From the NCBI GenBank assembly GCA_964358055.1, contig CAYHNT010000005.1:1-50562 (forward strand): DNA of 50,562 nucleotides, read 5' to 3'. Under the pieces are notes generated by a model, which worked only from the letters and a program-made list of their open reading frames with translations, was not told where the DNA came from and searched no databases. Positions within the stretch are counted from its first letter, which is position 1. Each line of letters starts with the position of its first letter. The stretch comes from an uncultured archaeon. GTDB lineage: Archaea; Iainarchaeota; Iainarchaeia; Iainarchaeales; VGJJ01. Both the position numbers and the translations under genes were made by a program. Shown here in pieces: positions 36,269 through 46,157 of this stretch.

Positions 36269-38176
36269 ATGAACGCACGCACGATGACCATTGGAATAGT
36301 ATTCATCCTCACACTCCTACTCGGATGTGTGACCCCTTCCTTACCTGGAGACGGAAACATTCCCCCAGGAAATGGTGGCCCCAATGATGCGCCTTCCGCA
36401 GGAAACTGGTATTATTACGCGCCTATTCAAGCACCCACCAATCCATGGCAGGTTAATGATAGTGTGTTTGTCAAAACACCCACCGAACTTGAACGCGCAC
36501 AGGCGTGGCTGTCAAGTTTAGGCATCACATCCGATGCAATTGTGTTTGTTCCTCACGATGAAATTACATGCGACGCATTGAATTGTCCGCGAGGAGATTA
36601 TTTGTTAGTGCACTCAACGAATGCCGCCAGCATTGCATTATTGAACGCACACGGATTCGAATCCATGAGTGAACCGTTTGTGTATGTCGAACATACCGAT
36701 ACGGAGTACACACTTACTTTAGTCAACGCGTCAACCGAAACCATTTATTTCGGAGGATGCAACGCCTACGTGTTGCAAAAACTAACTGCACAAGGAAAAA
36801 TTCCACAACCCGGAAACGTGTGTATTTGGGAAGGAATTCCCTCCACACTTGAAGGAGGAAAAACCGTTTCATTCAAAGGAAACCTCACCACCAATGGAAC
36901 CTATGAAGCGACACTCGTGTATGGAGTGAATTGTACGCCTGGACAACCTCTTTCACAAGCGGGATGTACCACTCTGACTACTCTTGTTTCCAATGCATTT
37001 TCTACTAAAAAAGCAAGCGACGGAAATACCATCTCGATGATTTACTCATTGAAGCAATGCCTCTCGAACCCCTGGCAAAACCCCGAAGTAGCATTCACTC
37101 AGGAACAAGATTTGGCCGCATTTGAAGCATGGGCCGAAATAAATGGAGTGGATGTGTTACACGCATCCGCTATTCCATCGGATCCCAATCAAGCCGTGTG
37201 CTTAGCCTGTAACTGCCATTCGGGAGAGAAATATCGAATCATTATTGAAGCTGCAGACCAAGCCGCTGCACAGAATATTGATTTCACATTGGAAGGAACC
37301 TATCCTTGGCCAATTGAAACACCACAATTTGCCGATGCCGAATGGTTCGTATTCACGCCCAACCAATGCTACAACAATATATGGAACGTCGACAAAGAAG
37401 TAGTGCGAACCATTGAGAAAGACTTTGCATTGATGCAAAAATGGCTGGAAGGAAAAGGAGTGGATGTTTCCTACTTAGCACTCGTGCGCGGAGTGAGCCT
37501 GAGCCAGGAATGCCTCAAACTCTCCACGGATAAATATGGAGTGGGCGTGTTAGATTCGGAAAGCGTTGATATTTTATCCGACATCGGATTTTCTCACGCA
37601 GGTCCGTCACAAATTAAACTATTTACTGAAACAACGGACACACAATCTACTCAATTGCTTTACAAAACAAAATTCTGCGACGCACAACCCTGGGGACAAC
37701 CTGATTTGATTGTGGGAAGCGAAGAAGAAGTATCGGAACGGACCATCGAATGGTTATCGGGAATGGGAATTCCATCGTATGAGAAACCCACTGTCCACAA
37801 AATCAATCCCTCAACAACGGGAAGCTGCGGAACCGATGCAGGATTAGCCATTTTAGTCAGTGTTCCCGCATGGAGCGAAGTACATTTGACTCCGTACGGA
37901 TTCCAAACACTCACCCCATCGTTCATCATTGAAAAGAGCCAAATTTATCCATTACTCTCTCCAACACAATGTCAAACAAACGCCGATTGTGTAATTGCAC
38001 CTATTGGAAATTTCTGCGGAAAAGAATTAGTGGGATGTATGAATGAACAGAGTGTGGAAAACATATTGTATTCAGTTACGGATGACCCTGAACTGTGTGC
38101 AGTAGCAGGGGATACCGCTCCCAATCCCACGGGTTGTGCGTGCAAACAAAACGTGTGCACGCCCAGTTTCGCGTGA
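36269..38176 (+). CDS. Cys-rich lipoprotein with four internal domain repeats
   Basis: Lipobox LLLGC, four roughly 80-aa repeats, an Ig-like domain and a C-terminal CQTNADC...CAC...C module. Start at ATG 36269. Confidence 0.82.
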   Translation: MNARTMTIGIVFILTLLLGCVTPSLPGDGNIPPGNGGPNDAPSAGNWYYYAPIQAPTNPWQVNDSVFVKTPTELERAQAWLSSLGITSDAIVFVPHDEITCDALNCPRGDYLLVHSTNAASIALLNAHGFESMSEPFVYVEHTDTEYTLTLVNASTETIYFGGCNAYVLQKLTAQGKIPQPGNVCIWEGIPSTLEGGKTVSFKGNLTTNGTYEATLVYGVNCTPGQPLSQAGCTTLTTLVSNAFSTKKASDGNTISMIYSLKQCLSNPWQNPEVAFTQEQDLAAFEAWAEINGVDVLHASAIPSDPNQAVCLACNCHSGEKYRIIIEAADQAAAQNIDFTLEGTYPWPIETPQFADAEWFVFTPNQCYNNIWNVDKEVVRTIEKDFALMQKWLEGKGVDVSYLALVRGVSLSQECLKLSTDKYGVGVLDSESVDILSDIGFSHAGPSQIKLFTETTDTQSTQLLYKTKFCDAQPWGQPDLIVGSEEEVSERTIEWLSGMGIPSYEKPTVHKINPSTTGSCGTDAGLAILVSVPAWSEVHLTPYGFQTLTPSFIIEKSQIYPLLSPTQCQTNADCVIAPIGNFCGKELVGCMNEQSVENILYSVTDDPELCAVAGDTAPNPTGCACKQNVCTPSFA

Positions 38177-38207
38177 GCTTACTTTTTTTTCTTACGCGCA
38201 TGAATCT

Positions 38208-38885
38208 TTATCGCTTCAAGTATCCATTTTCGCGCATACTGAAACATTCTTTTTTTGTTACAATCACGTGATCGTATAATTCAATATCCATCCACGCGCT
38301 GCCCTCGATAATTTGCTTGGTTAACAAAATATCTTGAGGACTTGGGCGTGCGTCGGAGGAAGGGTGATTGTGAATCAACACTAATCTTCCCGCTTCTCGC
38401 TGAATCGCCTTATTCAACACTTCTCTCGGATCCACTGATACCTGATATTTGGTCCCTTCTCCAATACGAATAGGTGGACCAATGCATTTGTTTCGCATGT
38501 TCAAACAAATAAGGAAAAAAGACTCCTTGGAGGCATGTCTGATTTGATTCTCCACTTCCATTAATGCCTGCTCCAGTGTAACGGTTTCTCCATTCGTGTG
38601 AGTTAATCGTCCGCCTAATTCAAAAGCAGACAGAAGCGTAATCGCTTGTACTTTTCCTATTCCTTTTCTCATCAATTTTATTCCGTCCCATTGAAACAAC
38701 TCGCTCATGTTTCCCTCGCACGCATGCAATAGGTCATGTGACAATTCAATCGCGTTCTTTCCTTTCTTTCCTGAACGTAAAATGATGGCCATTAATTCTG
38801 CATCCGAAAGAGAAGCCACTCCATTCTTCCATGCACGCTCGCGTGGACGAAGATGTGGAGGGATTTGACTTATTTTCATGGACAT
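38208..38885 (-). CDS. radC: RadC family (JAB/MPN domain) protein
   Basis: RPRE...LSDAELMAIILRSG, GIG.VQA and HNHPS...PSPQD...LYDHVIV. Confidence 0.93.
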   Translation of the reverse strand: MSMKISQIPPHLRPRERAWKNGVASLSDAELMAIILRSGKKGKNAIELSHDLLHACEGNMSELFQWDGIKLMRKGIGKVQAITLLSAFELGGRLTHTNGETVTLEQALMEVENQIRHASKESFFLICLNMRNKCIGPPIRIGEGTKYQVSVDPREVLNKAIQREAGRLVLIHNHPSSDARPSPQDILLTKQIIEGSAWMDIELYDHVIVTKKECFSMRENGYLKR

Positions 38886-38974
38886 GATGTTTAGGGAAGC
38901 ATAGAAAAACAGAGCTTCACTTATACATAAGCATCAGTTGCTGGAATTAAAAACGCCCATTCATTTTTACCTGC

Positions 38975-39739
38975 ATGAAGAACTCTTCCGTACATATCAC
39001 GGCATATTTCGATTTCATGTGCCCGTGGAGCTACTTAGCTCGCACGCGTTTAATGAAAGCACTTTCTCGCGCAAAAGTTTCTGCGCACGTAAAATGGATA
39101 CCTTTCGAACTGTATGCCCACGATTCGAATCACCGCGTGGAACGCGAACATATCCTTGGACGCGAACACCTAGATCAAACGTATCATCATTTGCACGAAT
39201 TAGGAGTAAAAGAAAAATTACTCATCTTTCATCCAAAGTATGAAGGAAGTTCTAAGCGCGCATTGATTGGGTTCCTGTATGCTCAACAAAAAGGGAAAGA
39301 AAAACAATACATGGATGAAGTGTTTGAGGCTATTTTCGAGCACACTCAGGATATTTCTTCTTTCGCCGTATTGCGACGCATTGCACTCAAACTAGGATTT
39401 GATTCTGCAGCATTTCTTTCGTTTATCCAGCACGAACAACACCATCACTCAATTGTGGAACACACGCACAACGCGAAACAAAATGGGGTGCGAGGCGTGC
39501 CCACGTATATCATCAATTATCTCCCTGTTACGGGGGCATTGGAAGTGGAAGACTATGTACACATTCTCCGCACCGCCGCAGGACACACCACTCCAGCATA
39601 CTTAATTACTGAAAAAAGACCCACTTCTAAAGCAAAACCTACTCCTAAGAAAAAATCCGTACCCAAAAAGAGTGCCAAAAAGAAACCCCTTAAGCGAGCA
39701 CATAAAGCACAAACCAAGAAAAAAAAGAAGGGCAGGTAG
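38975..39739 (+). CDS. DsbA/FrnE-family thioredoxin-fold protein with Lys-rich tail
   Basis: YFDFMCPWSY, WIPFEL and GVRGVPTY (cis-Pro loop). Confidence 0.88.
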   Translation: MKNSSVHITAYFDFMCPWSYLARTRLMKALSRAKVSAHVKWIPFELYAHDSNHRVEREHILGREHLDQTYHHLHELGVKEKLLIFHPKYEGSSKRALIGFLYAQQKGKEKQYMDEVFEAIFEHTQDISSFAVLRRIALKLGFDSAAFLSFIQHEQHHHSIVEHTHNAKQNGVRGVPTYIINYLPVTGALEVEDYVHILRTAAGHTTPAYLITEKRPTSKAKPTPKKKSVPKKSAKKKPLKRAHKAQTKKKKKGR

Positions 39740-39801
39740 TACGCAAAAAGGGTTAGTTTCTCCACAGTATCCTTTATGATTCCATCCCCTGAAAATTAGT
39801 T

Positions 39802-41127
39802 ATGACCGTAACGAAAAAGGCCCCTGTCCGAAGCAAAGGAAAAAAGGGAACCACTGCTCCCCGCGCACGACCCGCTCCTAAGGTTCCATTAGCCCAACCT
39901 CATACGGGAGAGGTTCCTGCCATTTCAGAAAAGACGCATGAAGTACATGCGCACGAAGAACATTCTCCTTCTATTGAAGAGAAGAAAGCTCATGCCCAAA
40001 AAGAAACCATCAACGAGTTACGATTTTCCGACATGGGTCTTTCACCCAGCATTATCAAAGGTCTACACGAAGCAGGATACATTCACCCCACTCCCATTCA
40101 AGCAGAAACCATTCCACTAATTCTCGAAAAGAAAAACGTTTTAGGACAAGCTAAAACAGGTACGGGAAAAACCGCTGCGTTTGGAATACCTATTTTCATG
40201 CACGTTCAACAGGGACATCCGGGGCCCCAATCCATCATTGTAGTCCCCACGCGCGAATTGGCATTGCAAGTGCGTGATGAATTAGAAAATATTGGTACGC
40301 ACAACAATGCGCGTGTAGTTGCTATCTTCGGTGGCGCCTCCATGAGTGGACAGGCCAGTGCGTTGCGCGACTCACCTCCCATTGTAGTAGGAACACCTGG
40401 TCGATTAATGGATTTCATGCGCCAGGGATTGTTAGATTTGCGCCACATCAAAATTGCAGTATTAGATGAGGCCGACAAAATGTTGGACATGGGATTCAAG
40501 GACGACATTGAAACGATTTTCTCCCACCTCCCTGCGCAACGACAAATTCTCTTGTTCTCGGCCACCATGCCTCCTGAGATAAAAAAATTGGCCACCAAGT
40601 ATTTGCGCGAATATGCTGAAATTAATTTGAGCGAAGACACACTCACCGTTGAGGGGGTTACCCAATACTATTTGAGCGTGGATCCACGCGAACGCGTCAC
40701 CATGTTATTAGGTTTGATTCAACATTTTAATGTGCAAAAAGGAATTGTTTTTTGCTCAACTAAGCGAACAGTGGATTGGTTAGAACGACAATTAGAGCGA
40801 CAGCGTATTTCAGTGGGAAAAATACACGGAGACATGTCCCAGGGACAACGGCAGCACAACTTGCACGCATTCGAGCAGGGAAAATACTCTTTATTATTGG
40901 CCACCAACATTGCGGCGCGTGGAATCCACATCGAGGACATTTCGCATGTGATTAATTTTGATTTCCCGGAAGAAAACGAGACCTATATTCATCGTATTGG
41001 ACGCACAGCCCGACAGGGAAAGAAAGGAGTGTCCATTACCTTTGTCACCAATATGGCCCAGATTCGCCAATTGCAGGACCTCGAAAGCATGATGAATGCC
41101 AAGATTCATGAGTTAAAGGCCCAGTAG
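39802..41127 (+). CDS. DEAD-box RNA helicase
   Basis: Q motif, AKTGTGKT, PTRELA, TPGR, DEAD, SAT, ARGI and HRIGRTAR. Confidence 0.96.
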   Translation: MTVTKKAPVRSKGKKGTTAPRARPAPKVPLAQPHTGEVPAISEKTHEVHAHEEHSPSIEEKKAHAQKETINELRFSDMGLSPSIIKGLHEAGYIHPTPIQAETIPLILEKKNVLGQAKTGTGKTAAFGIPIFMHVQQGHPGPQSIIVVPTRELALQVRDELENIGTHNNARVVAIFGGASMSGQASALRDSPPIVVGTPGRLMDFMRQGLLDLRHIKIAVLDEADKMLDMGFKDDIETIFSHLPAQRQILLFSATMPPEIKKLATKYLREYAEINLSEDTLTVEGVTQYYLSVDPRERVTMLLGLIQHFNVQKGIVFCSTKRTVDWLERQLERQRISVGKIHGDMSQGQRQHNLHAFEQGKYSLLLATNIAARGIHIEDISHVINFDFPEENETYIHRIGRTARQGKKGVSITFVTNMAQIRQLQDLESMMNAKIHELKAQ

Positions 41128-41195
41128 TACACATAACAGTTTTGGACCCATCCAACCACGCCCTTTAAATCTCTTTTTGAGGCCGATTTTGTCAT

Positions 41196-42458
41196 ATGAA
41201 CGAAGAAAGCACTCCCTCGAACACGCCCAACGGCACGTATGACGTCATTATTGTGGGAGGTGGACCCGGCGGGGCCTCCACGAGTATGTTTTTGGAGAAA
41301 AAAGGATACAAGGTCCTGTTGTTGGAAAAGGCCAAGTATCCCCGAGACAAGATATGCGGGGACGCCGTATCAGGAAAGAGCGTAGGGATGCTCAAGGAGC
41401 TTGGAATTGAGCACGAAATGGAAACATTAGATAACGCCAAAGTATACGGATTGATTTTCTCCTCACCTGAAGGAAAAATGCTCGAGATTCCTTTCCCTGT
41501 GAAAGAAGCATCGGGTGAAACCAAAGCCCGCGGATATGTTTGTCGAAGATTAGTGTTTGACAATTTCTTATTTTCACACGCCAAGAAGAAAGTGGACGTG
41601 AAGGAACAATTCCAAGTAACGGATTTGATTTGGGAAAACGAAACGGTTGTAGGAATCAAAGGAATGGACATGGTGGCCAAGCAACCCATGGAGTTCCGCT
41701 CCAAGTTTGTCATCGGAGCAGACGGTGCAACATCCATTATTGCCAACAAAGTGAATGCAGAAAAAATTCCAGACGATCACTTATGCATGGCCACACGCGT
41801 ATATTACAAAAACGTCGAAGGCATAACACCCAATATTGAGATTCACTTCGTGGATAGCGTCATGCCTGGATACTTTTGGATTTTCCCATTAGAAAATGGA
41901 ATGGCCAATGTTGGACTTGGAATGGTTTCTAAAGATCGACAGGCACGCAACATGAATTTGGTTGCAGAGACCGAAAAAGTGATTGCAGAGCATCCCTTAT
42001 TCAAAGAACGATTCAAGAATGCCGAAAAATTAGGTGACGTCAAAGGATGGACCCTCCCTTTCGGTTCATTCAAACGCACACTACACGGAAAAGGATGGTT
42101 GTTGATTGGAGACGCCGCATGCTTAGTTGATCCTTTCTCCGGAGAAGGAATTGGGAATGCCATGACCAGTGGAAAATACGCCTCCGAGGCCATTGATCGC
42201 GCCTACAAAGCGAATAACTTTACTCCAGAGTTCATGAAATGGTACGACGAAGAGTTGTGGAAGGAAATCGGTCCCGAATTGAAGACGAGCTTGTTACTTC
42301 AAAAGATGGGACGACACAAGTGGCTATTGAACCTTGTAATAGGAAAAGCCTCCAAGAGCAAAGAAGTCCGCGACACGATATCAGGAATGCTGGTCAATGA
42401 GGAAGCGAGAAAGAGCTTCATCTCACCCATGTTCTACGTGAAGCTCTTGTTCGCGTAA
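41196..42458 (+). CDS. Geranylgeranyl reductase family FAD oxidoreductase
   Basis: GGGPGG, PRDKICGD, GADG, PGYFWIFP and GDAA..VDPFSGEGI. Confidence 0.9.
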   Translation: MNEESTPSNTPNGTYDVIIVGGGPGGASTSMFLEKKGYKVLLLEKAKYPRDKICGDAVSGKSVGMLKELGIEHEMETLDNAKVYGLIFSSPEGKMLEIPFPVKEASGETKARGYVCRRLVFDNFLFSHAKKKVDVKEQFQVTDLIWENETVVGIKGMDMVAKQPMEFRSKFVIGADGATSIIANKVNAEKIPDDHLCMATRVYYKNVEGITPNIEIHFVDSVMPGYFWIFPLENGMANVGLGMVSKDRQARNMNLVAETEKVIAEHPLFKERFKNAEKLGDVKGWTLPFGSFKRTLHGKGWLLIGDAACLVDPFSGEGIGNAMTSGKYASEAIDRAYKANNFTPEFMKWYDEELWKEIGPELKTSLLLQKMGRHKWLLNLVIGKASKSKEVRDTISGMLVNEEARKSFISPMFYVKLLFA

Positions 42459-42506
42459 TTCGAAACGCACCACGCGCTTTTTATTTTCACTCCTATTCAT
42501 CAGAGT

Positions 42507-43232
42507 ATGGCTTCTTCTAAACCTGTTGACGTTTCTATTATCGTATGCACGCTTAATGAGGAAAAGAACATTGTAGGGTGCTTGAAGGCCCTGCGCGATC
42601 AGGATTTCAAAGGAAACTATGAGATCATTGTGGCGGATGGAAACTCGGATGATAACACGGTAAAATTAGCTAAACCGTTGGCAGACGAAATCGTAGTAGA
42701 GAAGCAGCGAAGCATTGCATTCGAACGCCAAGCAGGGGCGAAGCTCGCACGGGGAAAAATAATTGCGTTTACAGATGCTGATTCAAAAGCCCCTAATGAT
42801 TGGGTTCGACACATCAAGGAAACATTCGAAAAGAATCCTCATGTCTCGATGATTTATGGTCCCGTATTCTATTCAGACGTATCAAAGCGCGAACAGTGGC
42901 TCTCTACTTTTTTCATGCCCAAGTTTTTACGCATCATGAGCATTTTGCGCATGCACAACCCCATCGGGAGCAACATTGCTATTCGAAAGAAAGTGTTTGA
43001 ACAAATTGGAGGATTCAACACGGATTACATTACGTGTGAGGATTTGGATTTAGGGAAGCGTGCCAAGGAGCATGGAGATTTACATTATGAAAAATACTTA
43101 CACCAATTTGTCTCCGCACGAAGAGTCAAAAAATGGGGATACTTACGCTACGTTGGATTTCACTTGTTCAATGGGGTGCGTTATCACGCAACAGGAAAGG
43201 CCTCTACAAAATACGAAGACATTCGGGAGTAA
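42507..43232 (+). CDS. Glycosyltransferase family 2
   Basis: SIIVCTLNEE, DGNSDD, FTDAD, EDLD and SARR. Confidence 0.93.
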   Translation: MASSKPVDVSIIVCTLNEEKNIVGCLKALRDQDFKGNYEIIVADGNSDDNTVKLAKPLADEIVVEKQRSIAFERQAGAKLARGKIIAFTDADSKAPNDWVRHIKETFEKNPHVSMIYGPVFYSDVSKREQWLSTFFMPKFLRIMSILRMHNPIGSNIAIRKKVFEQIGGFNTDYITCEDLDLGKRAKEHGDLHYEKYLHQFVSARRVKKWGYLRYVGFHLFNGVRYHATGKASTKYEDIRE

Positions 43233-43267
43233 TTGGGGATTAAAAACAATGCCCGGCTCACACCAGT

Positions 43268-44413
43268 ATGCGTATCGCCATTTTCACGGATTCATTTTGG
43301 CCCCAAATTAACGGGGTCACCACCAGTATCCTGAATACGTGCACTGAGCTTGCCTCGCAAGGTCATGAGTTTCTAATTTTAGCACCTAAACCTAAGCGTT
43401 TTCCTGAGAAACCACCCTCTATTCCTAACACGGAAATCATTTGGCTCCCTGCAGAACCTTTGCCCACGTACACGGATTACTTAATGGCCTATTTGGTCCC
43501 TCCTTCCGCTAAAAAAAAGTTCAAAGAGTTTAACGCAGACGTTGTACACGTACATACTCCCTTCTTTGTCGCTCAAAAAGGAATCAAGTATGCGAAGCAG
43601 CAAGGAATCCCGGTCATCGGAACATTTCACACACTCCTTTCAGAGTTTCTGGAATACGTTCCCATTCCCAAGCTCAAGCACAACCCTATCATGAAACAGC
43701 TCACCTGGAAATACACTCAGCATGTGTATCGAAAATGTGATGTGATTACCACTCCCACGAAAGTGTTAGCCGACGAACTTCAAGCCCATGGTTTTTCTCA
43801 CGTGAAAGTGCTCACGAATGCGATTGACTATGATTTATTTTCAAATGGAAAATCTTCAAGCACAAAAAAGAAATCTAATCTTCTCTACTTTGGTCGTGTT
43901 TCGTTCGAAAAACGCATCGATGTGGCATTAGAAGCATTATATATGCTCACCCAAAAGTATCCTTCCCTTGAAATGAGCATCATTGGCTCCGGTCCCGCAG
44001 AAGAAAGTCTGAAGAAACTCACGCGAGAATTGGGAATCGAAAAGAACGTCCGATTTTGGGGTCCATTGCGCGGTGCTCCATTAGCTCATGCAGTGAAACA
44101 ACACTCCATATTAGTGGCTCCCTCTCCCATGGAGACGCAAGGGTTGTACGTGTTGGAAGGAATGGCGGCCGGATTGTGTGTAGTAGGAGCAGATGCGCGT
44201 GCCATTCCCGTTGCATTAGGTAAAAATGAACGGGGATTGTTGTTTACTCCTGGTGATGCCCAGGATTGTGCGGAAAAAATAGAGAAGGTAATGAAAAATT
44301 CAGCATTGCGAAAGAAGCTTGTCACGAGTGCCCAGAAATGGGTCAAACCGTATGGAAAGAAGGCCATTGCGAAGGAATGGTTGGCACTCTACAATGAAGC
44401 CGCTTCCCAGTAG
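43268..44413 (+). CDS. Glycosyltransferase family 4 (diacylglycerol glucosyltransferase-like)
   Basis: MRIAIFTDSFWPQINGV, HVHTPF, TFHT, GRVSFEK and ETQGLYVLEGMA. Confidence 0.93.
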   Translation: MRIAIFTDSFWPQINGVTTSILNTCTELASQGHEFLILAPKPKRFPEKPPSIPNTEIIWLPAEPLPTYTDYLMAYLVPPSAKKKFKEFNADVVHVHTPFFVAQKGIKYAKQQGIPVIGTFHTLLSEFLEYVPIPKLKHNPIMKQLTWKYTQHVYRKCDVITTPTKVLADELQAHGFSHVKVLTNAIDYDLFSNGKSSSTKKKSNLLYFGRVSFEKRIDVALEALYMLTQKYPSLEMSIIGSGPAEESLKKLTRELGIEKNVRFWGPLRGAPLAHAVKQHSILVAPSPMETQGLYVLEGMAAGLCVVGADARAIPVALGKNERGLLFTPGDAQDCAEKIEKVMKNSALRKKLVTSAQKWVKPYGKKAIAKEWLALYNEAASQ

Positions 44414-44443
44414 TATTAAATTGCCCCCAATTTTGTCGATTGC

Positions 44444-46156
44444 ATGGCTGCCATTTCTCACGACATTCTCATCATTGGCGCAGGACTTGCAGGGCAGCGC
44501 GCGGCGATTGAGGCGCGCAAGCAAAACATGGATGTGGGATTGGTTTCCAAAGTCCATCCCGTACGTTCCCATTCCGTTGCAGCGGCAGGCGGAATCAACG
44601 CGGCGCTTTCCAAAGATGATAATTGGAAGCAACATTTCAAGGACACCGTGTATGGGAGCGATTTTCTCGCAGATCAGGATGCGGTCGAGATGTTATGCAA
44701 GGATGCCCCTTCGCGTATCATGGAACTCGAAAGCTGGGGCGTTGTTTTTTCACGCACAAATAAGGGAAACATTGCCCAACGCCCGTTCGGCGGGCAAACG
44801 ACTGCCCGCACATGCTATGCATCGGATCGAACCGGACACATGCTTTTGCACACCATGTACGATCAACTGATGAAAGCCAATCCTACCGTTTACCCCGAAT
44901 ATTACGCACTTGCATTGATGATGGACAACCAACACTGCCGCGGGGCCATTCTATGGGACGTTGAAAAAGGAAAACTGATTGCCGCCCACGCCAAGGCCGT
45001 GTTACTGGCCACCGGGGGATACGGAAGGGCTTTCTCCGTTACGAGCAATGCCCGCATATGCACGGGAGACGGGTTGGCGCTTGCGTTTAATGCAGGCCTT
45101 CCTCTAATGGACATGGAATTTGTACAGTTTCATCCCTCAGGAATGTACGGGAAGGGATTTTTGGTGTCGGAAGCCTCGAGGGGAGAAGGCGCGTACCTGC
45201 TTAATGGAAAAAACGAGCGCTTCATGCAAAAATACGCCCCCCAAAAAATGGAACTCGCCTCACGCGATGTGGTGGCGCGTGCTATCTCGACGGAAATCTC
45301 TCAAGGAAGAGGGGCCGGGAACAAAAAGGACCATGTGTTATTGGATGTTCGTCACTTAGGTGAAAAAATAATCATGGAGCGCATTCCCGAAATACGAAAA
45401 ACGGTGCATGAACAATTAGGAATTGATTGCGTGAAGGAACTGATTCCCATTGTTCCAACTGCCCACTATAGTATGGGTGGAATTCCCGTGGACATTCATG
45501 GACGCGTAACGATTGACGCGCATAACACGCCCATCAAAGGATTGTATGCTGCAGGGGAAGTTTCCTGTGTCTCCGTGCACGGCGCAAATCGTTTAGGTGG
45601 AAACTCCTTGCTCGAAACCATTGTGTTTGGTCGCATTGCGGGACAAAAAATGGCAGAGTATGTACGTACACGCTCAACGAGTCCAAAGCACGACGATTCA
45701 TTGGACATGGAACACGCGCGAAAGCGAATTGCGGGAATTTTAGCTCATACGAGTGGAAATAAATCCCATGTCATTCAGGAAAAGCTCCAAGGCGTAATGA
45801 TGCAGGACTGTGGGGTGTACCGAAGCAAGCAAGGACTCACCAATGCCTTGCACGCGTGGAAAAAACTCTCCCTTGAGTCTCAACAAATACACGTGGATGA
45901 CAAATCGAATACGTTTAACACGGATTTGATTGCCGCATTGGAGTGTCAAAACCTATTAGCGTTCAGCCAAGCCATTCTTGCCAGCGCACTTGCACGAAAT
46001 GAAACACGCGGAAGCCACGCGCGCACGGATTATCCACAGCGAGACGATGCAAAATGGTTGAATCACACTCTTGCAACCAAACACGGGGATAATGTTCGTC
46101 TTTCATACAAGCCTGTTGTCATCAAGGGCTATTCTCCGGAAGCGAGGCACTACTAG
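44444..46156 (+). CDS. sdhA: Succinate dehydrogenase/fumarate reductase flavoprotein subunit
   Basis: GAGLAG, covalent-FAD His in RSHSVAAAGG, QFHP, SEASRGEG, LASRD, HYSMGG, HGANRLGGNSL and ETRGSH. Confidence 0.95.
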   Translation: MAAISHDILIIGAGLAGQRAAIEARKQNMDVGLVSKVHPVRSHSVAAAGGINAALSKDDNWKQHFKDTVYGSDFLADQDAVEMLCKDAPSRIMELESWGVVFSRTNKGNIAQRPFGGQTTARTCYASDRTGHMLLHTMYDQLMKANPTVYPEYYALALMMDNQHCRGAILWDVEKGKLIAAHAKAVLLATGGYGRAFSVTSNARICTGDGLALAFNAGLPLMDMEFVQFHPSGMYGKGFLVSEASRGEGAYLLNGKNERFMQKYAPQKMELASRDVVARAISTEISQGRGAGNKKDHVLLDVRHLGEKIIMERIPEIRKTVHEQLGIDCVKELIPIVPTAHYSMGGIPVDIHGRVTIDAHNTPIKGLYAAGEVSCVSVHGANRLGGNSLLETIVFGRIAGQKMAEYVRTRSTSPKHDDSLDMEHARKRIAGILAHTSGNKSHVIQEKLQGVMMQDCGVYRSKQGLTNALHAWKKLSLESQQIHVDDKSNTFNTDLIAALECQNLLAFSQAILASALARNETRGSHARTDYPQRDDAKWLNHTLATKHGDNVRLSYKPVVIKGYSPEARHY

Positions 46157-46157
46157 T

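Noticed and set aside
38208-38885. radC as a marker of an integrated mobile element
   Set aside because: No integrase, att repeats or cargo genes nearby, and it is the full-length chromosomal type.
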